Both the position numbers and the translations under genes were made by a program. A stretch of 64,000 nucleotides of DNA from Chrysomallon squamiferum (taxonomy: Eukaryota > Animalia > Mollusca): the NCBI GenBank assembly GCA_012295275.1, contig CM022665.1:27900001-27964000 (forward strand). Reading direction: 5' to 3'. Shown here piece after piece: positions 11,293-22,672 of this stretch. How positions within the stretch are numbered: position 1 is the stretch's first letter; every line of letters begins with the position of its first letter. The notes under the pieces are model-generated. The model worked only from the letters and a program-made list of their open reading frames with translations, did no database searches and was not told where the DNA came from.

Positions 11293-14200
11293 TGTATTAT
11301 GTTATTAATATTTCAATAGACCGTACCTGTTATTATCTTGTCTAATGTGATATGTTTATTATAAGTGAGTATATTTATTGCCATTTCATCCTAGGTCGCC
11401 AACTCATGCTGGAGGTCTTCTAGCAATAGATAAAAGATTTTTTTTCGAACTGGGAGGCTATGATCCTGGCTTATTGATATGGGGAGGAGAAAACTTCGAA
11501 CTTTCATTCAAAGCAAGTTATTTTACTTTATATACTATAATTATTTATTATTAATTGCATACATTTCCATTACTTAGATGAACTCTCAGTTTTATTTCAA
11601 CAGAAAGTGTTTGTGTGTGTGTGTTAATGAGAGCTAAATAAAATGAATAAATAAATCTAAATAATTTTTATAATTCATTTTATTAGAGCCTCTTGCATTT
11701 GGTTCGCCATACTGTTTGACCTATTTGTTCTGATTTATGAACGGCTGATTTATTCTCTGAATAAAAACTGAAACATTTTTAAATTTTAAGTTTTATCTTG
11801 CTGTATATTTCACGACTGTTACCTTTCTTTGTGAAAAAAAAAAAAAAAAAAAAAAAAACGGTTTAATCTCAACTGGAAGTGCCATGGATAACCGTCATTT
11901 CGGTGTTTCGCGAACGTCGTTCATGCACTGCCTCTTACGTTCACTACTCTACGAGCTTTCCTTTTATAAACCGCTTCAGACAAACAAAATGCCCATATCT
12001 TAGCTTTACTTATTTATCCAGCTTGAAAGTTACTGCCACACCAAACTGGTAGAAAACCCTGATGAATAAAGTCCCTTGACTGTTTTCTAGCAACAGACCC
12101 CTTTCAAAAATATATCATCGTAAATTAAAATATTTCTTCTGTTGAAGGACAGGAGAACTGAAGCTTAAAGAAAGTATTCGACCAACCGCCCCACCTGACA
12201 CAGACGTCACATGATCTTGTTTTCTGTCCAACCAGTCATTACGTTATGGCCACTGAAGCCGCGTCACACCCGAGTAGAAAAGCGTCTGATCAAGCCAATT
12301 CTCTGCAACCAGAACCTCCTCAGTTCAGTTTGAACGCTATATTTGTCAGCAAAGTGATCGTTCTCGTCATAATATGTCGATTTAGCGGCATGAAATTACT
12401 ATTTGAGTGATTATATCGGATCCGGTTACGTATACGTTGTCTGGTTGTCTGACTGTCCATCCATCTTTGTTAATAAATCATCGAAAGTTATTTATCACTT
12501 CTCGGCATAATGCTAGTTACAGACTGGGTGCTGGAGGCCTTTAGCTCCAGTCTCGCAAGGTTTTGTGCAGTCTGTTAAGCAAAACTCTACGGCCACGTAA
12601 CTTCAGTTTGTCAACAGTCGTTGTGATCTAAAAACAGCCTTCTTATTTGTGATAGTTTATTCAGTAGTATTAGCTTTTTATTTGATTTTTCTCCGGTTGT
12701 AGCAATGCCTTGGAAATAGTATTGGAATTGGTGATGTATATAAATTGTGTTCACTTGGTCCGAAAAAATAAGTTTGTTATGTTTCAAAGCTTGGTTCAAA
12801 ACATAACTACATACATAATAAATAATAACATATGTCACTCAGGACATATTTCCTTATTCAGTCTTTTCTTCGTAGGTTTGGCATTTGCTTCATGAAGTCC
12901 GCTACCATATTCAAACATGCTCTCAGAAGCATCTTTTCCAAAGTCTTTTAAAACTTATCCAAATGAAATTCGGCTTCTGCGCCATTTACATTCACATCAA
13001 CAAACTTGCAACTTTTGTTAGTAATATTATTATACTGTCATTCATTATCCATCCAGCTTTTGTCTGAATAAACTCTCACTGTAAATTGCTTTGAGTCCCG
13101 ACCTCAGGTGGAAAGGGCACTCAACAAGTCATCTTTAGTATTAGATAGCCTTTACTAAGATTGTACAGATAAAGAAAGATTGAAGAAAACTGCAACTTTT
13201 TAAAAGAAAAAAGATGAATTCCTAAAAGTTAACATTTCAGATTTTCTAATTTATTGTCTAGAAGTTTTTTCACTCTGATTAATGTGGTATAAAAACTATT
13301 TTTGAAGTACAAACAGAAGTTATAAATTTCCAAAGTTATTATTTTATTATTTATTTATTTATCTGCTATCTATTCATCTATTTATTCATGAATTTATTTC
13401 CTTTTTTTATCTAGTGTCAAATGAATGATTCACCAACTTTGGCCTCACTTATTAATATAAATGCACTTTGAAGAGATAGGAAAACAATTAGGCTGAATAT
13501 TTGCAGCAGATAGTATTATACAATATTATAAAATAAGCTTTGTAAGAGACAATCTCGCTTCAGAACGTTCACTTAAAAATCGAGGTTTCTTCAAAAAGTC
13601 AGTTGTGCGCAAACGGCACCAATCATTTTAATATTAACAAATTCATAATTCTGAAACTATCTGAAATAAAACTATGAATTTTTGATCACTGAAATCAGGA
13701 TAAAAAGATCTGCAATTATCGTCAACATTGTATTTTCTTAAATGAAAATCACTTTTGACTACCTACTTATATTTTTATTTATTTAACTTATTGTTAGGTA
13801 TTTTTTTGTTGTTGTTTTTTCTTTGTTTGTATATAAAAATATATCTTGCAGGTGTGGATGTGCGGAGGAAGTATAGAATGGGTTCCCTGCTCTCATGTAG
13901 GTCACGTGTACAAACACAGAGTACCCTCGAGAAAAGTGTCAGTACATACAAAAATTCCTTATACCAGACAGGTAGGCTAACAAGAACAACAACGATAATA
14001 ATATTAGTAACATCAGTAGCAGCAGTAATAGTCGTAGTAGCAGAAGTAGTAGAGTAGTAGTAGTAGCATAAATATAATAATAATAATGATGATGATGATG
14101 AAGATGATGTTGTTAACTATAATAATAATAAAAACAATAATAATAATAATAATAATAAAAATAATAATACTGTAATATGATAATAATAATAATAACAGTA

Positions 14201-14428
14201 GTAGCAATTTTTATAACAAAAAATTGCAATAATAATAATAACAACAACAACAATAATAATAATAATAATAAACAATTACAACAATAATAATATGCTTAGG
14301 GCTCACATGCGATAGTTTGCAAGCTCTATCGACTTTAGTACAAGTGAAAGTTTGCTGTAACTGGGAAGGTAACTGGTCGGTAAAACTAGCTCAGTGAATG
14401 GGGACTGCATTTTTTGGGGGGGTTATTA

Positions 14429-14507
<79 letters not shown>

Positions 14508-14630
14508 CACATTATCATACAGCTCTTAATAACCGGCAACACTAAAATATTCTTCTTTTTCTTCGATTTCTTCTGATTATTATTATTATTATTTTTATCA
14601 TCATCATCATAATCATAATATTATTACTAC

Positions 14631-14682
<52 letters not shown>

Positions 14683-15944
14683 GTTATTGTTATTGTTATA
14701 TTTCAGAATTATTTGCGTATTGTTGAGGTTTGGCTGGATGACGTATTTAAGGAGTACTTCTACACGAGAATGCCCTGGCTACGTGGTTACCCTCTCGGCG
14801 ATCTCAGCAAACAGCTGCAGATAAAGAAAGACAGAAAATGTAAATCATTCAAGTGGTACATGGACAACATCGCGTATGACGTCTACTACAAGTTTCCACC
14901 ACCACCCAGAAACCGAGCTTGGGGACAGGTGAACAGCTAGATAGTCAGAAAAACAGACTTATATCTTCATAGATAATTATTTACATGACTTATATAGGTA
15001 CACAAATGCACAGTCAGTCAGTCAGTTATAAGAGGAACGAAGAGTTATCTTTATATTTTAATAAACATTGGTCCACAAGATAAATAAAACAACAACATGA
15101 AAGTTTATAAAGTATGAAGGAGACTCGTTTTATCTGCAGATGTATATGCGTGCTCTGCATATTTTAGGATTGACCCTTCTGTATTTGTTGTTTTTTGTGT
15201 TCTCTGTCAAAGTTTAAATTATTCGCCCTTCTTTTTCGCTGGAAGAAAAATGCCCAGTACAAATAAATGAAGAGTTGCTTCCCTTACTCCAATGATTCTG
15301 CCATGTTTACTGTTGAATCTTTCGACGCCGTTCACCTTGACCGTTTAACTACGAGAACAATTACTGCACACACACACCAGCGCAGACTGAATTCAGTTTC
15401 CGTGATTAGTTTTCTCCGCTGATTGTATGATTATTCTGTAAACTGCTTCTCACGGAAGCCATCTTCTTATTCCCTGCCGAATAAGATGTATCACCATCGT
15501 GCATTTCAAGGTCAAAATTAGAACCGTACGTGAACAGGTCTATAATGATAACAAATGCTTCCTTCAGTAAAATAAATTGAAAACAAAGCATTTGTTCTAA
15601 GAAGACATATATATCTGTCAACATTTTAAAAATAATATCGATGTATTAGCGTGTTAAATGAGATTATTATTCGGTAGAGGACGAAAGAAGAATCAGGAAA
15701 CACTTTTATGCAACCCTTATAATCTTCTGCATAGTAAAACGTACACTAATGATGAGTAATGAGAAATCTGTAATGAGTTTAGAAAGAAAGTGATTTATTC
15801 AAATATTTTTTTATTTTATTTTAAAGATCAAGTTGAAGCATGAACTAATTTGCTGGAGTAGTGCACGTATTCATCATGGGATGATAAAATACAAAACATG
15901 TCGAAGTGATCCACTCGAAGAAGAGGTGGGTGTACTCTGTGCGT

Positions 15945-16025
<81 letters not shown>

Positions 16026-16735
16026 CTGTGTGTATAGAAAGATAGATAGATAGACAGACAGACAGACAGTCAGACAGATTCCAAGATGGATGAAGGAATA
16101 GATAACTGTACGGACGGATGGATGGTTTGATGTATTGGTGGTTGGTGGGCTTATGGATATGAGATCAGTACGGAGCAGGATGTGTTTTATAATTGAAAGG
16201 TTTACCAATTATTTCTGGAATAACTAAGAAGCTGGCTTAATGAAAGCGTTGTTTGATTGGTTATTGGCATCACCGGACTTACGTTTCCCTTCGTTCACGT
16301 TTTCATTCATTCGTCAAACAGTGCTCGGGCTGGCAAAGCTAATTCTTTCAAAACAGATAAACTGAAATTACTCGTCAGTAATTCTCTAATTTTATCAAAT
16401 TAATAAACTCATTCTTCTTCGTCACTTTCAGCTATTCCGACTCAATGTTGCTGGAGAAATCGGCAGTGGAGAACTGTGCATAAACGTCAACGATAATAAA
16501 GTAATAATTAAAAAATGCGATTTGCCCCCGTCCGGTCCATGGGAGTGGCACGAGGTAGGTAACAGATACGAAACACGTAACAGTTTACTAAACATTTCAT
16601 TATAAAGGTTAACAAAATAGTTATACATCTAATCATCAAAGACTAATAATGAAGTCAAAATTTAAATTTACAGCAGAACATATATCTAATAGAACATTTG
16701 ATGTTTCTTTTTCTTGTTTTCGTTTTCTTCTTCTT

Positions 16736-16806
<71 letters not shown>

Positions 16807-16963
16807 TATTATTATTTAGAAAACTGGAGCTATATTTCACAAGGAAGAGAAAAAGTGCGTAGAACTAGGACCACCATTTTTCCTGGAAATGAAACCATGC
16901 AATCCAACCGAACAGAAACAAAACTGGACTTTCGTGGAGATTTATCCGTGGAAGATGAAATGA
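6875..16963 (+). CDS. GALNT7: Polypeptide N-acetylgalactosaminyltransferase, GALNT7/pgant7-like (GT27 catalytic domain plus ricin-B lectin), ~601 aa from 12 exons
   Basis: Exons 6875-7021, 7714(or 7736/7739)-7858, 8430-8568, 9060-9226, 9465-9672, 10679-10852, 11395-11512, 13852-13971, 14707-14928, 15827-15925, 16432-16554, 16820-16963 join in frame (1806 nt using the 7714 acceptor). Type II TM anchor, [39 protein letters not shown] (DxH), [35 protein letters not shown] and three ricin repeats; SPTHAGGL, GLIQxR and FEWG..YKE recall the T7 subfamily. AATAAA at 17169-17174. Confidence 0.93.
7279..7404 (+). CDS. Possible extra/alternative GALNT stem exon (boundaries uncertain)
   Basis: GC-richer island between microsatellites; acceptor cacacag ends 7278, open phase-0 frame [42 protein letters not shown], donor gtatgt at 7405 inside a (TATG)n run. 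Confidence 0.35.
7714..7858 (+). CDS. GALNT7: GALNT stem exon (5' boundary uncertain: 7714, 7736 or 7739)
   Basis: ...[21 protein letters not shown](G), donor cag|gttcgt at 7859. Confidence 0.8.
8430..8568 (+). CDS. GALNT7: GALNT exon
   Basis: [47 protein letters not shown]; tacag acceptor, gtgagt donor. Confidence 0.92.
9060..9226 (+). CDS. GALNT7: GALNT exon (start of GT-A domain)
   Basis: [55 protein letters not shown]; ttttcag acceptor, gtatgc donor. Confidence 0.95.
9465..9672 (+). CDS. GALNT7: GALNT exon containing the DxH motif
   Basis: [70 protein letters not shown]. Confidence 0.95.
9706..10372 (-). mobile_element. Degenerate, internally deleted pogo/Tigger-type (Tc1/mariner superfamily) DNA transposon in a GALNT intron
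   Basis: Imperfect TIRs: gatgggataaaattatgaccacc (9715-9737) versus ggtggccatatgtatcccatc (10345-10365). Minus strand reads, with frameshifts, [57 protein letters not shown], resembling the psq-HTH plus CENP-B HTH N-terminus of pogo transposases (recognised by eye). Confidence 0.7.
10679..10852 (+). CDS. GALNT7: GALNT exon
   Basis: [58 protein letters not shown]; tttcag acceptor, gtaaat donor. Confidence 0.93.
10935..11295. repeat. Compound (TG)n/(TATG)n/(TA)n microsatellite
   Basis: Directly visible; source of several spurious ORFs. Confidence 0.95.
11395..11512 (+). CDS. GALNT7: GALNT exon with Gal/GalNAc-T motif, followed by a GC donor
   Basis: [39 protein letters not shown] then gcaagt at 11513. 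Confidence 0.93.
11860..13140. mobile_element. Probable decayed transposable-element sequence in the GC-AG intron (family unresolved)
   Basis: 1.3 kb of GC-richer non-microsatellite sequence starting immediately after a long poly(A) run (~11834-11858), with no intact ORF. Confidence 0.3.
13852..13971 (+). CDS. GALNT7: GALNT exon with third Mn-binding His and flexible loop
   Basis: [40 protein letters not shown]; ttgcag acceptor, gtaggc donor. Confidence 0.93.
14707..14928 (+). CDS. GALNT7: GALNT exon (end of catalytic domain and linker)
   Basis: [74 protein letters not shown]. Confidence 0.94.
15827..15925 (+). CDS. GALNT7: GALNT exon, lectin alpha-repeat (degenerate)
   Basis: [33 protein letters not shown]; ttttaaag acceptor, gag|gtgggt donor, phase 0/0, two Cys at ricin-repeat spacing. 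Confidence 0.8.
15949..16020. repeat. (TG)n microsatellite
   Basis: Uninterrupted TG run just after the lectin-alpha exon. Confidence 0.97.
16432..16554 (+). CDS. GALNT7: GALNT exon, lectin beta-repeat
   Basis: [41 protein letters not shown]; ctttcag acceptor, gtaggt donor. Confidence 0.9.
16725..16817. repeat. (TTC)n-(TTA)n compound microsatellite abutting the last GALNT acceptor
   Basis: Directly visible. Confidence 0.95.
16820..16963 (+). CDS. GALNT7: GALNT terminal exon, lectin gamma-repeat
   Basis: [50 protein letters not shown] with QxW motif. Confidence 0.9.
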   Translation, partial: KTGAIFHKEEKKCVELGPPFFLEMKPCNPTEQKQNWTFVEIYPWKMK

Positions 16964-17082
16964 ATATCATTCAAAAAACTGTGTGTGTGTGTGTGTGATA
17001 TATATATATATATATATATGTATGTTTGTATGTATGTTTGTATGTATGTTTGTATGTATGTATGTATGTATGTAATTACGTA

Positions 17083-17124
<42 letters not shown>

Positions 17125-18461
17125 TGTAAGTGAGTGCAGAAATATATGTCAAAAACCATTTGTTCTTGAATAAATATTCATCTGAAATAGGAATTAAATC
17201 TAGCGTATGATGTTTAGAAAACTATAACTGTGACCCATCTGAAATAAAATAAACACCACATCCTTTTTATTCTTCCAGCTTTGTAGTTCTTCGAATTCAA
17301 ACGGACGCAATGCACTTCATCCTGTAGTCCTAGTTTTAGCTAAAGATCATTTTCTTTACATTTAAAATTTATTTCAGATTTCAAATTACTCACCAACAAA
17401 ATAATGGCGCTTCCTCATTTTCCTAAAACTTGCTTCCGCCTTGTATCAGGCATTTAGTGTTTTAATAATGGAACAAAAATAGCATTTTTCAATATAATCT
17501 ATAGCGTAAAACTGATTAGTTTAAACTCGGCAGTCTAAAGTATGTGAAACTTTAAATAACTGGAGATTTACTAAGGCGCAGACGTAATATTGTTCTGTAT
17601 AATCAAAGGGTTAATAAAAAAAATCATTTTAAAGGAGAATAGTTTACGCTTTATCTCCGTGCATTGAACTCTGCGTCTCCATTTTGGTTTCCACCAGTCT
17701 TCATTGTCCTAGACTGAAAATTTCAACATTAAATTTATTATTTTGAATATTATAACTGAAGATGTGACGCTCACGCACAACACAATTAATCGTTTTGACT
17801 GTAATAAAAATGTAATAAAAAAAAACAATTGAAAAAACAAATCTTACCTGAAACTTTTAACGGTGTCTCGAATAAATATCTAGACATTTATTATATTTTT
17901 GTTATTACTTTGGATCATATACGCAAACAAGTGAGACCATCGGATCGATAATGTAGTTTTTACTAATTACAAACACAGATACAAAGAGATGAATTACTAT
18001 ATTTGCTAATACTAGTTTTAATTAACACACACAACACACGCATAACCCATACACTCGCACATACACACACCCAACACAAACACGCGCGCGCGCACACACA
18101 CACACACAGACATACACACACCCAACACAAACGCGCGCGCGCACACACACACACACAGACATACACACACCCAACACATACACATGCGCGCGCACACATA
18201 CCAATCTTAATTACATTTTATTATAAATATAAGCAAAAAAAATCGACTAGAATTTTATTTAATACCTATCTTCGTTATCTGGTAGTATCGTTATTAGTAA
18301 TTCAATACGAGGTTTGTTAATACATAATTATATGCAACAGAAACTGCTGACAGTGGTTGTTATCCGGTATTAGTAATACAATCAACAGAACTTACTAGAA
18401 CTATTAATATCACTCTTCATTATAAATATAAGTAGTTGAACCTTCTGAATTTTTTAATACT

Positions 18462-18559
18462 ATTTTTGTTATTATAAAATAGAAAACTTGAAAGGGTAAT
18501 ATAAAAAAAAAAAAAAAAAAAACCCATCTAAAGGTGAGTATAAATTTTATTTATATATA
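18462..18559 (+). repeat. Near-identical dispersed copy of 4982-5078 (Kunitz-4 leader exon end and donor)
   Basis: atttttgttattataaaaYagaaaacttgaaagggtaatat(A-run)catctaaaggtgagtataaattKtatttatatata occurs in both places. Confidence 0.9.
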
Positions 18560-19293
18560 CCATTGTTCATTATCTGATATTACTATTGCAAGCAACAGAA
18601 CTGCTAATACCTGTGCTGCTTATTTGGTTTTACAGCAGCAATCCAATAAGAGCCTAGCAGATTTGCTAAGACCGGTTTTAATTATCCTGTATTACAAATG
18701 CAAAGAAATAAATCTATTACACTTTCTCAATGTGACAATACCCGTTTGCTCATCACTATAAAAAAAAACAATCTATGGATTACGCATTCTGTGGAGTTTC
18801 GACTTCCAGAACACTTGTCCCAGCTGTCTTCAGTATATTGTGTGTTTGATAATCGGCAGTTGACTCGCTTCTAGACCGCTCTCGAGTATCGATCAAACAA
18901 ATCATTCTGACATTTCTATTTGCACGGACGACAAGAAAAAAATGTATATATATTTGAATTAAACTTGTTCGATAAAACAACGTTTAAAAATCGTTTGAGT
19001 ATTTTTGTCACGAATCCTAAGTCGAATATGTGAAATTCTGAAATCTGCAAAAGAATTTTTTACTTCTCTGGAGCAGATATTTGTTTAGCTTTATAAATCT
19101 GTATTTCATGTCGTTGTTGTTGCTGTTGCTGATGTTGTTAACATTAGTTGTAGTAGTAGTAGAAGGAAGAAGGAGATGAGAAGTATTGTAGTGGTTGCAG
19201 TTGATGTTGTTGTTTCAGTTCTATAGCAGTTGTAGTAAGAAGAGTAGTAATGATAGTTGTTGCTGCTCTTGTAAATTCAAATAGTTTAAACAT

Positions 19294-19328
<35 letters not shown>

Positions 19329-20899
19329 TTTGTTTGTTTGTTTGTTTGTTTGTTTGTTTTTATATACTTTTTACTGTTTTTTCCAATAGTTGGTTAGTTA
19401 CTTGGTTTGGTTGTTTGGTTGGCTGGTCTTGGTTTGTTTTGTTGTTGTTTTTGGATTGGTTGTTTGGCTGTTGTTGTTGTTTGTTTGTTTGATTCGTTGG
19501 CTGGCTGGTTGGTTGTTGGTTTATTGATTGGCTGGTTTCTTCGTTAATATGTGGTTACTGTTTGTCCTTTTAAGTTGTTGTACTGGAATCCAGAAGACAA
19601 TTTGATAATGTAGTCATCCGATCATTGACCAGACAATTTCAGAAAGCGGTTAGAAGTAATCCTGAAATCAATGCATACATTTAACAAGGAAATATAAACA
19701 CGTATACACATAACTGCTGGCTTCTGGGCAATAATCCTTCAGTTGGACGTTAACCTACTGCATGTGACAACTACCAGACAACAATTAGATATTGAAATGG
19801 TGTTCATCTCTCTACCACCACGTCTAAATGTTTATTTGACAAGACGTTTAGACGATCATCCTCGTATCAGTTGCTTCTGGCAGAAACGTTGCACACATAA
19901 TTATTGGCTATCATCATCATGATTACTTCCATTATAAATATAAGACATCTTCATGATGTTTGTGAGTAGCGAATATGTGGGTAATACTCTGCGTTTGTGT
20001 GCATTTTTGTATCTCTGAATGCTTATGTATCACTATGTTACAGTGTGTTTGTGTTGGAAAAGCATTTTCTGTATTATAATGTTCGTGTTTTCTGGGTTAA
20101 TTTTTATATATAATTATTTCTTCTTTCTTACGGTATTTCTAAGGGTAAATATTAATGCACGTTACTCTAATGATAGCATGAATGCAGTGGCAATACTAGT
20201 AATATCAGATGTATTAGATAATCTTTATTCTGTGCAGTTCACGTTGTAACAAATGGAATAGAAGTGACACCTTGGTTTGCATTAATTATTTATTATCTTT
20301 TCTCAGCATATAACTGAAATACTCTAAATCAAGTTATTAATTACGCTTTACAAACTCTCAAGCTAACATAATTTTATTTGTATACTGTCACTTTTTAATA
20401 ACATTTGTTTTCCGCTTTGTTTGTAACATAATTTTATTAATTTGTAGTGGTTTTAAACAACACGATTTTATTTATCTGTTTCAGCAACCATACAAAACGT
20501 CCAGCAACGTCTTGCAATATGGCTGACCTCTCATCATAAGCATCATTCCAGATGACTGGCGTATTACTATGTTTATTTACAGTACGAAACAAAAGTATGT
20601 TTTCAGTGGCAGACCTAAGCCAATTTGAATATATCCTTATTAATTAGCAAACCTCTGTACGAGTCAGGGGCACAATTCATGAACTGGCGGCTGCTTGGCA
20701 GTAACGGTTAAGCCGATTCTATTGGAATTCTGTTTATCTTAGCCTCGAAATCATTAATTTCCTGAAACTTCTTTACAGAAAGCACCAGCCTGGTGATTCC
20801 AGATTTCAGTCAGTTAATCTATTTTGTTGCCAACTCCGGAACGTCTTACATTATGGTTTCATTTCACCTTTGACCCTTTACGTTTCACATGGCGGTTTC

Positions 20900-21640
20900 A
20901 TTGCGCTTTTGACTTATACGTTTTACTTGATATTTCAAATGCAAGTGTAGTAATGGTTCTGTTGCATCTTTGATAGTCTTATTTTACTTGGTAGTTTATT
21001 GCATCATTGATAGTCATATTTTACTTGATTGTTCTACTGACAGTCATATTTTACGAAATGGTTCTACTAAAATTCTGACAGTCATATTTTACTTTATAGT
21101 TCTGTTGCATGTTTGACAGTCAGATTTTACTTAATAGTTTATTGCATCTTTCACAGTCATATTTTACTTTATAGTTCTGTTGCATCTTTCACAGTCATAT
21201 TTTACTTTATAGTTCTGTTGCATGTTTGACTGTCACTGTTTATCTTAGCCTCGAAATCATTAATTTCCTGAAACTTCTTTACAGAAAGCACCAGCCTGGT
21301 GATTCCAGATTTCAGTCAGTTAATCTATTTTGTTTGCACTTTAACAGTCATATTTTACTTGATAGTTCCACTGCATCTGTGACAGTCATATTTTACTTAA
21401 TAGTTCATTATATCTTTGACAGTTATATTTTACTTTATAGTTCATTGCACTTTAACAGTCATATTTTACTTAATAGTTCCACTGCATCTGTGACAGTCAT
21501 ATTTTACTTAATAGTTCCACTGCCTTTTTGACAGTCATATTTTACTTGATGGTTCCACTGCATCTTTGGCAGTTATGTTTTACTTGAAAGTTCTATCGCA
21601 TCTTTGACAGTCAAAGTTTACATAAGAGTTCTGTTGCTCG
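20900..21640 (+). repeat. 38-bp minisatellite (consensus gacagtcatattttacttNatagttcYRYtgcatcttt), roughly 15 degenerate units, interrupted by a 99-bp duplicated block
   Basis: Unit starts at 21077, 21115, 21152, 21190, 21228, 21343, 21381, 21418, 21454, 21492, 21530, 21568, 21606; more decayed units upstream. Confidence 0.9.
21236..21334 (+). repeat. Exact 99-bp copy of 20730-20828
   Basis: ctgtttatcttagcctcgaaatc...cagtcagttaatctattttgtt is identical in both positions. Confidence 0.93.
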
Positions 21641-22635
21641 TCTGACTGCATCATGTGATTTATTTATTTTATTAAGGGATTCCATAACCAATCTGGGGTT
21701 TTTACTTCTTGTTTGTGTTTTCTTTGACATTTTTTCTTTTTACTTGTTACACTGGTTAATGTTTTCACATGAATTAATATAGTGGATAAAGTGCTCCACT
21801 CTGGACATAGTCATAATTTCAAAGATCCATGTTACAGACTAAGATGAAGTGTTATGTTGTAAAGAAGTAAACTCGACAAAATATCTATTAAGACGCTGGA
21901 TAATAGCAAACACTATGACATTTATTTATTTATTTATTTATTTTTTATTTATTTATTTGTTATTGTTGTTTTTGGGTGTATTTTTTGTTGTTGTTGATTT
22001 GGTTTTTTTTTTTTTTTTTTTTTTTAACTGTTTGTTTGTTTAATGATTTGTTTATCCATGAAATTGTATATTTCCCTGTTTAATGTTATATAAATAAATA
22101 TTTATATATTTATTTATATGTATATATATTGTTATTCATTTAAATTCTATTTGATACGTCTTCAAAAGGATATACCGGATGTACTGTTTTTTCTTTACCA
22201 TTTCTAAAGGAACAATAGCTTTGTTTATGTGACTTATTTTCTTAACACAAAGTCCTATATAGATGATCCAAGCTCTTTGTTCGATTCCCTTGAGCACTGC
22301 TTTTTGTATATAATTATAACACAAGTTGCATTTCGTTTCCTGAAAGCTTATGATCTTGTAGAATAACAAGTAGGTCAACTAGTACGAATATAATTGTCTC
22401 GATGTCAAAGAAATAGTGTTATTGTTGCCTTCTGAAGTAAAAACCTTTTTTTTTTTTTTTTTTTTTTTTTTTGTCTTCAGTTTGATTTTTGATGAGTTGT
22501 TTTTTAATTTATTATTTAATTTATTTATTTTTTTATTATTTGTTGGTTTTTAAAATTATTTTGCTTTTTGATGGGGTTTGGGGACTTGTTGGTTTTGCTA
22601 CTTTGTTGTTGCTACTATTGTTATTTATATCTCTT

Positions 22636-22672
<37 letters not shown>

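Noticed and set aside
12170-12300. DIRS tyrosine-recombinase-like words ([15 protein letters not shown]) on the minus strand
   Set aside because: They need several frameshifts and the spacing is inconsistent; the family cannot be assigned without a search.
20900-21640. CRISPR-like array
   Set aside because: Units are contiguous 36-38 bp tandem copies with no unique spacers, there are no cas genes, and the context is eukaryotic.
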